From: a virus
Taxonomy: Duplodnaviria; Caudoviricetes
IMG/VR virus record: IMGVR_UViG_3300017967_004030
Coordinates: 264-64,263 of that record
DNA: 64,000 nucleotides
Strand: one strand, 5' to 3'
The notes below the pieces were generated by a model. It was given only the letters and a program-made list of their open reading frames with translations. It was not told where the DNA came from and searched no databases. Position numbers and translations under genes: made by a program. This document shows, piece by piece, positions 1 through 9,192 of this stretch (within the stretch, counting starts at the first letter, position 1; the number at the start of each line of letters is the position of its first letter).

Positions 1-246
1 AAATACACTGTGTAAATTATTTTCTGTTACTGCCTTACGTAAATCTTCAGTATCATAATTGTTTACAACTCTAAAAATACTGTGAAGATTTTCCTCTATA
101 ATTGCTTTACGTAGTTCTTCATCTGCATTTAATAATCTAAATAAACTACTTAAATCATTGTCTATATATGTTCTACGCAAATCTGCTAATTTTGTATTTG
201 TTGGATACAACAATTCAAATCTATCTAGCAACTCAAATGTTTGCAT
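1..246 (-). CDS. 5' part of a hypothetical protein with ~23-aa tandem repeats (runs off the left edge)
   Basis: Not in the ORF track. Hand translation from ATG at 246: MQTFELLDRFELLYPTNTKLADLRRTYIDNDLSSLFRLLNADEELRKAIIEENLHSIFRVVNNYDTEDLRKAVTENNLHSVF, open to position 1. The start overlaps the end of the 438-aa gene, as in an operon. Confidence 0.8.
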   Translation of the reverse strand, partial: MQTFELLDRFELLYPTNTKLADLRRTYIDNDLSSLFRLLNADEELRKAIIEENLHSIFRVVNNYDTEDLRKAVTENNLHSVF

Positions 247-1549
247 TTTTAAATTGCTCCTGTAACCAATCAAAATCATTAATCTTCTTTAGTGCTTCAT
301 TATCTCCTTGATACCTTGCACCATATGCTGCTCCGGATTTTGCACCAGCTATTACATATTTACCGAAAGGTTTATCTGCACCTACTGTACACCAAATCTT
401 TAATCTATTATTAGTTTCTTCGTCTTTTTGTCGATCAATAATTTTACTACTTAATTTACAACATTCTCTAAATGCACTTTTCCAGGATTCAAATTCGCCT
501 GTATTAAAACTTGTAATATTAGCAATCTTTTTTATAGCATTAAATTTTCTACTAATACTTGTTGTCATATCAGTATTTGATACATCCATATTAATAGTCA
601 TACTAGTAGGAAACAATTTTACACCACCATATCCGTATACTAAATCATTTACAGGATTTTGTGATCTCCATACAAATACGTGATCGTGTTGCCATCTTGG
701 TACTTGATAATCAAACTTAAAATCATCTACAATTATTGCATCTGCATCAACTATCCAAAACATTGATGTATCACATACTTTTGCAGCTTCAATATGTGCT
801 TGGTGTATTCCAGTAATGCCGTGAACACGATGTATAACTCTATCCGGAAACTGTTCTAATAAACATTCAAAATTTTCATCAGCGTTTGGTTCGTTATAAC
901 TTATAAAAACAATATCATATGGTATTGGCGAAGAAGCATTTATTTCTACATCTATTTTTTTAGCAAACCAAGCATAATCATACTCGCGACGGGAAACGTG
1001 AAAATCTTTGTGCTGCAAAAAAATACCATCATTGTAATAATGATTTTTAAACAAAAAAACAAGATCTTTATCCCAATAAGATACTTGATAGTTAAAATCA
1101 AAATTTACACTTATATCAGACGGTATTATCCATACAAATTCACTAGTAACGTTTTTTAATTTTTCTTTATAATCGTCGTAATCTTTAGCGTATATTTTTT
1201 CAAATTCAGCAGATTTACTTGCTGTTATATCTACTTCTTTTTTATGTATAAATTGTCTTTGACTTATTTCTTCATCTGTTAAAATTACATCCTTTGGAAA
1301 TAAGCATACACCGTCAAATTTTTCTCCGTTTTTAAAAACGTGCGTAACATCTAAACTCCAATTATCGGCTTCATAACTAAAATCAAAAGAATCTAATGGA
1401 GTAATATCATTCCATATTACCCAAAACATTTTTGTAAAAACTTTTCTTTTTGCGCTATCTAACGAGTCTGCACGTTTTGCTGTAAAGAATTTTTTCTTTA
1501 CATTTTTCCAATTACTTTCGTCGTTTCCGATATATACAATATCATACAT
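233..1549 (-). CDS. Glycosyltransferase-like protein (GT-A-type) with internally repeated domains
   Basis: C-terminal domain YDIVFISYNEPNA...HRVHG...H...FWIVDAD has a DxD motif and is paralogous to 9189-10109. Two degenerate N-terminal copies (FWVIWND, VWIIPSD). Confidence 0.6.
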   Translation of the reverse strand: MYDIVYIGNDESNWKNVKKKFFTAKRADSLDSAKRKVFTKMFWVIWNDITPLDSFDFSYEADNWSLDVTHVFKNGEKFDGVCLFPKDVILTDEEISQRQFIHKKEVDITASKSAEFEKIYAKDYDDYKEKLKNVTSEFVWIIPSDISVNFDFNYQVSYWDKDLVFLFKNHYYNDGIFLQHKDFHVSRREYDYAWFAKKIDVEINASSPIPYDIVFISYNEPNADENFECLLEQFPDRVIHRVHGITGIHQAHIEAAKVCDTSMFWIVDADAIIVDDFKFDYQVPRWQHDHVFVWRSQNPVNDLVYGYGGVKLFPTSMTINMDVSNTDMTTSISRKFNAIKKIANITSFNTGEFESWKSAFRECCKLSSKIIDRQKDEETNNRLKIWCTVGADKPFGKYVIAGAKSGAAYGARYQGDNEALKKINDFDWLQEQFKNANI

Positions 1550-1567
1550 ACTTTATTATACAATCTT

Positions 1568-2701
1568 TTATTGTAAATGTCTAGTGTTGCCATAACTTAC
1601 AGTATAGTTATCGCCTTTGTAAGTACGCCAAGGATCAAATACAGTAAATTGCCCTTTTGGAACTTTGTCGTTTTCGTGAGCTAAAACAAAAACGCTCGGA
1701 TTTTCGTTCACTATCCAACCACCGTGTTCTTTTATATAATGTTGTACAAGTAAACTGTAACTACCATCTGTATATTCTACGCCAGACTTGTAGCTATCAC
1801 TACTAAATTGTATCTTATTTCCATATTTAAGTATTTCGATAGCCATATTTTGTGCCTGTTGTTCTCTTGCATTCATTATACTATCAAAAATGTCATATCC
1901 TAAATGTAATTTCTTTGCCATAAATCTTAAAGCAATATTATCTCTAGGATGACAGGCTCCGCCGTCCCCCATACCGGCTTTCATATAACTAGGACCCATA
2001 ATTCTTTGTGTACTATCCTTTAAAGCATTGGTTACAATGTCAACATTTATATTACCTTGTTGTTGTGCTACATCTTGAATCATATTCACCAATCCAATTT
2101 TAGTTGATATAAATGTATTATAAAAAACTTTTATACATTCACATTCGTCCCAAGTGCCAACAACATAGCGAGGATCATTTTCCATTATAGTTTTGTAAAA
2201 ATCTACTAGTTGCTTTGCATCGCCTGTTTCGCTACCGTCTTCGGTACCAATCATTACCATTTCAGGATTTACCATATCCCAAGCAACTGTTCCCATTGCG
2301 ATAAGATAAGGATTGTAAACAAATCTTGTATTAGTGATTAACTGAACGAACTCTCTACGAACAGTACCTGGTAAAACTGTACTTATAAGTACTAGCAATT
2401 GATTTTTATTCATATGCTTGTTACACTCTGTTAAAACTTCTTTAACAATGTTATAAGAGAAGTCTTTAGGCTCAAGGTGTGCTGTTGGAGCTCTGCCGTC
2501 ATAATCTGGATCGTGTGGTGTAGGTACTGCAACAAATACAATATCTCTACCATTTACTGCTCCTTCTATAGTAGGAAACTGATCAACATTGTTAGTCTTA
2601 TATTTTTTAATATCATAACCTGTAACATTATGTCCTTTAGAAGCAATAACCTCTGCACAAGGTAAACCTAATTTACCTAGACCTATAAAACTTATATTCA
2701 T
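1568..2701 (-). CDS. ugd: UDP-glucose/GDP-mannose dehydrogenase family protein
   Basis: Rossmann motif IGLGKLG, FVAVPTP, ISTVLPGT, KVFYNTF, catalytic GGACHPRD. Start moved to ATG 2701 (MNISF) because AGGAG lies at 2712-2708. Confidence 0.9.
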   Translation of the reverse strand: MNISFIGLGKLGLPCAEVIASKGHNVTGYDIKKYKTNNVDQFPTIEGAVNGRDIVFVAVPTPHDPDYDGRAPTAHLEPKDFSYNIVKEVLTECNKHMNKNQLLVLISTVLPGTVRREFVQLITNTRFVYNPYLIAMGTVAWDMVNPEMVMIGTEDGSETGDAKQLVDFYKTIMENDPRYVVGTWDECECIKVFYNTFISTKIGLVNMIQDVAQQQGNINVDIVTNALKDSTQRIMGPSYMKAGMGDGGACHPRDNIALRFMAKKLHLGYDIFDSIMNAREQQAQNMAIEILKYGNKIQFSSDSYKSGVEYTDGSYSLLVQHYIKEHGGWIVNENPSVFVLAHENDKVPKGQFTVFDPWRTYKGDNYTVSYGNTRHLQ

Positions 2702-2748
2702 AGAAAACTCCTTATAGTCATACTTATCTGCGTACATTACTCAACCCT

Positions 2749-2756
2749 AATAAATA
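2749..2756 (+). promoter_or_regulatory. T4-type late promoter motif (AATAAATA)
   Basis: Lies in the short divergent intergenic gap just upstream of the plus-strand cassette. Same TAAATA core precedes many structural genes in this window. Confidence 0.55.
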
Positions 2757-2777
2757 TGACATATATTGGATTTATGA

Positions 2778-3365
2778 ATGTTTGAAAAAATTTTAGATTT
2801 TGAAAATAAATTATCAGAATTTACAGGTGCTCCTTATGTCGTTACTACCGATTGTTGCACTCACGCTATCGAATTATGTTTATATCTAGATGAAGTTAAA
2901 GAGTGCAATTTTAGTGCGTTTACATATATAAGTGTTTTACAAACAATGCACAAATTAGACGTTAATTACAATTTAATAGAAGAACACTGGATAGGAGAAT
3001 ATAATTTACACAAAACAAGAATTTGGGACAGTGCAAGAAGATTAGAACCTAATATGTACCGCAAAGGTCAACTTCAGTGTTTGAGTTTTGGTTATAGTAA
3101 ACCGTTAGACATAGGGAGGGGTGGCGCAATATTATTAGATTCGAAAGAAGATTATAACAAACTTAAAAAATTAGGATACGACGGCAGAGATTTAGAAATT
3201 CAACCTTGGATTGACCAGCAGGAGTTTTCTATAGGATATCATTATAAATTAAATCCTGAAGAATGTATAAAAGGTATAACATATTTAGATTATTATATTA
3301 AAGCAAGAAAATTTGATCCAATAAATGTAGTATATCCCGATTGTAGGAAAGTAAAAATAAAATGA
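2778..3365 (+). CDS. DegT/DnrJ/EryC1/StrS-family PLP aminotransferase, short form
   Basis: FENKLSEFTGAPYVVTTDCCTHAIEL, DSA, and SFGYSKPLDIGRGGAIL (PLP-lysine motif). Only 195 aa. Confidence 0.8.
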   Translation: MFEKILDFENKLSEFTGAPYVVTTDCCTHAIELCLYLDEVKECNFSAFTYISVLQTMHKLDVNYNLIEEHWIGEYNLHKTRIWDSARRLEPNMYRKGQLQCLSFGYSKPLDIGRGGAILLDSKEDYNKLKKLGYDGRDLEIQPWIDQQEFSIGYHYKLNPEECIKGITYLDYYIKARKFDPINVVYPDCRKVKIK

Positions 3366-4033
3366 AAATATTAATTTGTGGCGACAGTTGGACATCCGGT
3401 TACGGTGTTGATTATAAAGATAGTTGGCCAAACTTAATTGGTTATGGGTATATTGATACTTCAGAAATAGGTGCTTCTAATGATTTAATAGTTACACGTT
3501 TTTTAGAAAATTATAATGATACTTATGATGCTGTAATTATAGGATGGAGCGGAGTTACAAGATTTTGGGACGGAAAAGCTAGAGATTTTTCCAGTGTTGA
3601 TAATAATGTAGTCGAATATTATAAAGATAAAAGTTTAAATGATATACTTGTAAATTGGGATAATCAAATTTCAAAAATTTTAGAAACTGCAAAAGTGCCA
3701 GTTATACAATACAGCGTATTTGGTGATATACCTATTAACAAAGATTATTTTTTAGAAAAAAGTTATTTAGAATTTCTTGCTAATAAAAGCGGAGTATTTT
3801 TTAATTATCAAATACCTATATTTGAATTTGACTGGCTAAATGAAAATAATTTAAAAATGACTGAGTCATTTGGCGAAAAATATTTTCCTCGTAAATGGAA
3901 GAGAGCTTGTGTAGAAAGAGAAAACTTACGTGGTACTGGATATTTTTTAGATTGCGGACATCCTACTGCTGAAGGACACAAATTATGGGCAGAATATATA
4001 AAAGAGAAATTAAATGATATATTCAGTAAATGA
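3362..4033 (+). CDS. SGNH/GDSL hydrolase-fold protein (esterase or acyltransferase)
   Basis: N-terminal GDSWTSG, GASN block, C-terminal DCGHPTAEGHKLWA. Confidence 0.8.
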   Translation: MKILICGDSWTSGYGVDYKDSWPNLIGYGYIDTSEIGASNDLIVTRFLENYNDTYDAVIIGWSGVTRFWDGKARDFSSVDNNVVEYYKDKSLNDILVNWDNQISKILETAKVPVIQYSVFGDIPINKDYFLEKSYLEFLANKSGVFFNYQIPIFEFDWLNENNLKMTESFGEKYFPRKWKRACVERENLRGTGYFLDCGHPTAEGHKLWAEYIKEKLNDIFSK

Positions 4034-4928
4034 ATGGGACCAGTTAAAAAGAATAGTTGTAGGTTCAGCAACAAATGCTCACTGGCCTGTTCAATGTCCT
4101 ATATTTAGAAATCAAGAAAAAACAACATTGTGGAAAGAAACTCCTGTCCCTGCTGGGCCTGTTGACGAAAATATAATTTTAGAAGCTAACAAAGACTTAG
4201 ATAACTTTTCGTCAATCTTAAAAAACTATGGTGTAGTTGTTGAACGACCTACAGAACTTGATTTTCATTTATTTGACGGTATGTATAACTATTGCCCGAG
4301 AGACAGATTACTAATTGTTGGTGATAAAGTGATTGATGCTCCTATGCTTTACCCTACTAGAAAAAAAGAAATAGAAGCATTAAATCATTTGTTGGACACA
4401 GAAATAATTATTTGCAATGATCCGGAAGCAACCTTTGATGCTGCAAATATCTGTAGGCTAGGAAAAGATCTTTTATACTTAGTAAGCGAAAGTGGAAATA
4501 TTAAAGGTGCTAAATGGTTACAAGAAACTTTAGGATCAAAGTACACAGTTCATATATTAGATAATCTATATAGCGGTGTACACATAGATAGTACAATTAG
4601 TCCAGTTCGAGAAGGATTAGTTGTTGTAAACGGTGATAGAATTAATTCTAATAATATGCCAAGTGTTTTTAAAAAATGGGATGTTATTAGTATTTCGGGA
4701 AAAGATTTAGTGGCACAGCCTTTTATAGACTATCCTTACGCAAGTAAATATATAGCACTCAACTTTTTAGCAATTAATCCTAATACTGTAGTTTGTGATC
4801 CATTTCAAACAGTTTTAAGAAACGAATTAGAGAAAAAAAACATAGAAACAATCGGATGTGAGCTTCGACATAGCAGAACCTTAGGAGGTGGACATCATTG
4901 TGTTACACTAGATTTAGAAAGGAATTAA
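4014..4928 (+). CDS. Amidinotransferase (glycine / scyllo-inosamine-phosphate amidinotransferase family)
   Basis: NEWDQLKRIVVG, NYCPRD, FDAAN, HIDST and C-terminal LGGGHHCVTLD give the Asp-His-Cys triad of the family. Confidence 0.9.
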   Translation: MIYSVNEWDQLKRIVVGSATNAHWPVQCPIFRNQEKTTLWKETPVPAGPVDENIILEANKDLDNFSSILKNYGVVVERPTELDFHLFDGMYNYCPRDRLLIVGDKVIDAPMLYPTRKKEIEALNHLLDTEIIICNDPEATFDAANICRLGKDLLYLVSESGNIKGAKWLQETLGSKYTVHILDNLYSGVHIDSTISPVREGLVVVNGDRINSNNMPSVFKKWDVISISGKDLVAQPFIDYPYASKYIALNFLAINPNTVVCDPFQTVLRNELEKKNIETIGCELRHSRTLGGGHHCVTLDLERN

Positions 4929-4929
4929 T

Positions 4930-5427
4930 GTGTGGTATATAGACAAATTGCCTGAAGGTATAATTGACGATAGCTATAAAACATTGCCTTACATTAAAGA
5001 ACCATTTAATGATCCTACAGCAGTTAAAGAATGGATACAAATTTATGGTAATATTTTTGACACAGGTGAAATGGTAGATTATAGACACCCACAACCGGAG
5101 TGGACACAAAAAATTATTGAGTATACTGGTTTAGGTTTAGCAGGTAGTAGTTACTATAAAATGAATCCTGGAAAAATACTTCCTTACCATAGAGATGCAT
5201 ATGTAAGATATATCGATTATCACAAATTAGAAGAAGTTGAAAGAATACATCGTGCTATTATATTTTTAGAGGACTGGCAGCCGGGACATATATTTGAAAT
5301 AGACGGATATCCTTTAACAAATTACAAATCTGGAACTATAGTAGTATGGCAATATGACACTCCACACCTTGCCGCTAACTTAGGTACTAGTGACAGATAC
5401 ACTCTTCAAATTACCGGAATAAAATGA
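4930..5427 (+). CDS. 2OG-Fe(II) oxygenase / cupin-fold protein
   Basis: PGKILPYHRD (HxD), distal PHLAAN histidine and RYTLQITG. GTG start. Confidence 0.7.
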   Translation: MWYIDKLPEGIIDDSYKTLPYIKEPFNDPTAVKEWIQIYGNIFDTGEMVDYRHPQPEWTQKIIEYTGLGLAGSSYYKMNPGKILPYHRDAYVRYIDYHKLEEVERIHRAIIFLEDWQPGHIFEIDGYPLTNYKSGTIVVWQYDTPHLAANLGTSDRYTLQITGIK

Positions 5428-6602
5428 AATATCCAAATATTGAAATAATTACTGAAGATAAAAATATCTTTTTTGACGAGAATGGCATCTTCAAAGAAAC
5501 ATACTTATTCCGTGAATCAGACTATCTTTACCAAAAAATAAACAAAGATACTGTATTACTTGTAATTTCGCAAAATATAAAAAAAGTAAATCCAGTAGTA
5601 CAGTTCCTATTAGAGAATAAGATAAAAGAAATTATTTTTGTAATAGATGACATATTCCGTATATCTTACAAAGGACAAATTTTACCTATGATGGAGGGTA
5701 AGGTAATAGAATCTGATTTTGAAAACACAAAACTTTTAGAAATAGAAATAATATCAAACATTTTATCACATACACAAATAAAAAAATTTGATGTATTTCA
5801 TTGTGAAATTATTCCAGATGATATTAAAAATAAAATAGGATATGATATAAAATATTACGACAAGTTTTTAAATACTTGGAAAAAATTCAAATCACATCAT
5901 TTAGATAACATAGAAAATAATTTAAATTTTGAATATAAAGTATCTTCTTTATCAAACAGATGGGATTATCATAGAACATTTATTACGTCACTTTATTATG
6001 ATAATCCAGAATTTTCTTATACATTTTGTGAAAAGCCTGATCAAGATGATATGTTAGACAATAATAGTTTAATTATTAAACAATTTCCAAAAAACGTTCG
6101 TAAAAGACTAAAAAACAAATTAAATAATTTTTTAGATACACCTTGTGTATATTTAGATGAAAAATACGAACAAACAAGTACAAATAATATACTAGACTAT
6201 CAAGTACAAAACAACTTAAATGTATATACACATATACAAAATAGTTTTGTAAATGTTACAAATGAAACTAGATTTGTTTCTCCTATGCAATATATAAGTG
6301 AAAAATCATTCAAGCCTATAATGTGCTTTAGGCCTTTAATAATGCTAGGACCGCCCGGAAATCTTAATATTTTAAAAACTTGGGGCTTTAAAACATTTAA
6401 TCAATGGTGGGACGAAAGTTATGATTTCGAAAAAAATCACCACAAAAGATTTTCAATGATTGTAAAAATAATAGATGAATTATTAATAAAAGACAAAAAA
6501 GAATTATGTGATATGTTAGATAGTATGCAAGATGTTTTAGAGCATAACTACAATATTTTTACAAAATTTAACAGCGAATTTTATAAGTTAGTAAGTAACT
6601 GA
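5424..6602 (+). CDS. Putative glycosyltransferase with GT10-like C-terminal domain
   Basis: ETRF...ISEKSFKPI...RPLIMLG...LKTWGFKTF..WWDESYD resembles the SEK donor-binding region of GT10-like enzymes. Paralogous to 6581-7795. Confidence 0.5.
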   Translation: MKYPNIEIITEDKNIFFDENGIFKETYLFRESDYLYQKINKDTVLLVISQNIKKVNPVVQFLLENKIKEIIFVIDDIFRISYKGQILPMMEGKVIESDFENTKLLEIEIISNILSHTQIKKFDVFHCEIIPDDIKNKIGYDIKYYDKFLNTWKKFKSHHLDNIENNLNFEYKVSSLSNRWDYHRTFITSLYYDNPEFSYTFCEKPDQDDMLDNNSLIIKQFPKNVRKRLKNKLNNFLDTPCVYLDEKYEQTSTNNILDYQVQNNLNVYTHIQNSFVNVTNETRFVSPMQYISEKSFKPIMCFRPLIMLGPPGNLNILKTWGFKTFNQWWDESYDFEKNHHKRFSMIVKIIDELLIKDKKELCDMLDSMQDVLEHNYNIFTKFNSEFYKLVSN

Positions 6603-7795
6603 TTAACTAACAAAGATAAATCTTTGTTCCTTTTTTCTAGATTATTATAATTATGTTCTAAAATAGGTATCATTGAATTAAGATCCTTTTTAATATCCTC
6701 AAAGTCTCTAGAAATAAATTTATCAATAGAATTGCAGGTAGCTAAAAATCTTTTATTATAATTTTTTATTTCGTCGTAAGATTCATCAATAAAACTATCA
6801 AAGGTCTTATAGCCTAAAGATTTTAAATATTTTAAACTATTTGCCTGTCCAAAAAGAATAAAAGGTCTCATAAAAAATATAGGTTTAATTATTTTTTCAC
6901 TAAAAAACATCCTATCAGATTTATCAGTATAAAATGTTTCACTCACAATATGTAAATATGATTCGTAATATTTCCTTAGTTTGATATCGTGGGTAGGATT
7001 ATTAAAAGTCATATCTTCATAATCTATTACTGCTGGCAGTGTTTTAGATAAATTTTTTTTGTTAAATCTTTTATATATTTTAGGAAATTTTTCTGCAAAT
7101 TCTTTAATTGCAAAATCTATATTATCATTATTTGCAATATCCACTGCTTGAGATACTAATCCGTATTGCTTATTATTAATAAATTCATAAAGAGCTAAAC
7201 GTTGCGCACTAGGACGTCTATTTAGACACAAAAATTTATATTTTAAATTTTCATTATTTTTTATTTTCTTTAATGATAATTCTTTAAAATTTATTTTGTG
7301 TTTATTATAGAAAAGATATATATCTTCAAATCTATTATGATATATGTTTATTACACCGTTAGGGCTTTGTCTTACTAAATTACCTGTTAAATATATTACA
7401 TTAGAAAAATCTAAATCATACTTTTTTAAAATTGTCTCATAAACAGTATTATCTAAATAACCCAAATTCCAACCTTCTAATGTGTTGTGAATTAAAAGTT
7501 TACATTTTCCATCTTTTATTGATTTAACAATATCAATTGGGATAAAAAATGAATCCCAAAGCAACTTTCTGTCTTTTACATCTACATCGTAAGGAAAAAG
7601 CCAGTGTGATAGATACACAGGATAATAAAACTTATTAGTGCCTACACTGTTAATAAAATCTATATGTTTTGCATCTATCGGATCAGTTACACTATAATCA
7701 TTATCAGTATACTTCCCCCAGGTATCATTATTAAATCCGTTGAAAAGTTTATTTTTATCTCTGTATAGGGGAACTTTTATACTAGGGCTTTGCAT
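6581..7795 (-). CDS. Putative glycosyltransferase with GT10-like C-terminal domain
   Basis: FLCLNRRP, VSETFY, FSEKIIKPI..RPFILFG..LKSLGYKTF..IDESYD. Confidence 0.5.
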   Translation of the reverse strand: MQSPSIKVPLYRDKNKLFNGFNNDTWGKYTDNDYSVTDPIDAKHIDFINSVGTNKFYYPVYLSHWLFPYDVDVKDRKLLWDSFFIPIDIVKSIKDGKCKLLIHNTLEGWNLGYLDNTVYETILKKYDLDFSNVIYLTGNLVRQSPNGVINIYHNRFEDIYLFYNKHKINFKELSLKKIKNNENLKYKFLCLNRRPSAQRLALYEFINNKQYGLVSQAVDIANNDNIDFAIKEFAEKFPKIYKRFNKKNLSKTLPAVIDYEDMTFNNPTHDIKLRKYYESYLHIVSETFYTDKSDRMFFSEKIIKPIFFMRPFILFGQANSLKYLKSLGYKTFDSFIDESYDEIKNYNKRFLATCNSIDKFISRDFEDIKKDLNSMIPILEHNYNNLEKRNKDLSLLVNQLLTNL

Positions 7796-9192
7796 ACGTG
7801 ATAAAATTCTTCCATTTCAGGGAAAGTTTTTAAGAAGTCTGTTCCTCTGCGTCTATCGTGTTCTGTTACAAATTTATAAAAATCTGCTCTATTGCGATTT
7901 ACTTCATCAATATGCTTATAACTTTCTGATAATTTTTCTTGGAATACTTGATAATTCCTTCTCATACGTGTTATTTCGTGTTCATAAAAACCCATACCAC
8001 ACAATGGAGGCCAATCAATTTGTTCTTTATTTAAGTACATATAAGTAACCTGGTCTTTCATAATATTAAGGTAACTATGATCTAATATAAAAACACTCTG
8101 ATGTTGTGGCCATCTAAGATATGCAGCATCCATACTTACTGGATTTCGTCTTTCTGGGCCTGTGTTGAACTCATATCTAAACTTAATAAAGTCTTGCATA
8201 AACTCTTTGTAAGTTGTTACACTCAAAGCATTATAAGTTGCCATATTAGTTAATTTGCTTTGTGGGATTTCATTTAATATTCTATGACAGTTATCTAGCC
8301 ATTTGTTATAATCCAATCCGTGTCTAATATATTCTGCTTTTGCGCCTTTTGCTTCACAACTTGTATACAATTTAAATTCTTTAATCATACCCTCTGATTG
8401 TATGCGTTTCATTTTTTCTATCAAACTATCTATCATCGAATCAGGAACGCACAAATTACTATTAATATTCAATTCTAATTTAGGATTAGGATTTTCAATT
8501 ATATAATCAAGCACCTTAAATGTATCTTTACACATTAAAGGTTCACCGCCTGTTATTCTAAAAACTTGTAAGCTAGGATATAGTTCAGGCCACCATTTCC
8601 AAAATGCTTCTACATATGGATTGTGTTCTCTGTGTGGTATAGGTAATCTGTTTTCTCTTTCTAAGACATCCAAATTATTAAATCGAGTACTTGTAGGATA
8701 AGGTCCAAATTGTTTTATTTCTTCCATCCATTTACTACTAACTTCAGGTAAACAATAAGAACATTTAAAATTACATACGCTACTAAAACTTACTTCTAAA
8801 TATTTTGGATTAATATTTTTGGTAAAAGGATTATTTGTGATTTCTGAAAAATACGGATAGCTCCAATCTTCAGCACTTTTCATTACACGATCACTAAACA
8901 CAACATTATCTTTATCCGAATCTTCAATATTCCAACAGTAATCGCACTCTTCAGGTCTTTCGCCTTCGAGCATTTGTTTGCGTTTTTCTTTTTTGTAACT
9001 AGTATTATGTAATGCACTAGGATCAACTTCAATTTCTTGTAAAGGTATTTTATGTGCAGGTACGTGGTGGCAGCTATGTGTCATTCCTGTTTGAAGGTGT
9101 AAAGTTACTTGTGTCCATTTGGCCAAACATAGTGAACAACTTTTATTGTTTAGTTCACTTTGTACACTTCTATAATCGTTTGCTTGTGTCAT
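7777..9192 (-). CDS. Radical SAM enzyme with N-terminal Cys-rich (twitch/SPASM-like) domain
   Basis: CNFKCSYC (CX3CX2C), ITGGEP, plus N-terminal CLAKW...SCHH...ECDYCW. Confidence 0.9.
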   Translation of the reverse strand: MTQANDYRSVQSELNNKSCSLCLAKWTQVTLHLQTGMTHSCHHVPAHKIPLQEIEVDPSALHNTSYKKEKRKQMLEGERPEECDYCWNIEDSDKDNVVFSDRVMKSAEDWSYPYFSEITNNPFTKNINPKYLEVSFSSVCNFKCSYCLPEVSSKWMEEIKQFGPYPTSTRFNNLDVLERENRLPIPHREHNPYVEAFWKWWPELYPSLQVFRITGGEPLMCKDTFKVLDYIIENPNPKLELNINSNLCVPDSMIDSLIEKMKRIQSEGMIKEFKLYTSCEAKGAKAEYIRHGLDYNKWLDNCHRILNEIPQSKLTNMATYNALSVTTYKEFMQDFIKFRYEFNTGPERRNPVSMDAAYLRWPQHQSVFILDHSYLNIMKDQVTYMYLNKEQIDWPPLCGMGFYEHEITRMRRNYQVFQEKLSESYKHIDEVNRNRADFYKFVTEHDRRRGTDFLKTFPEMEEFYHVCKALV

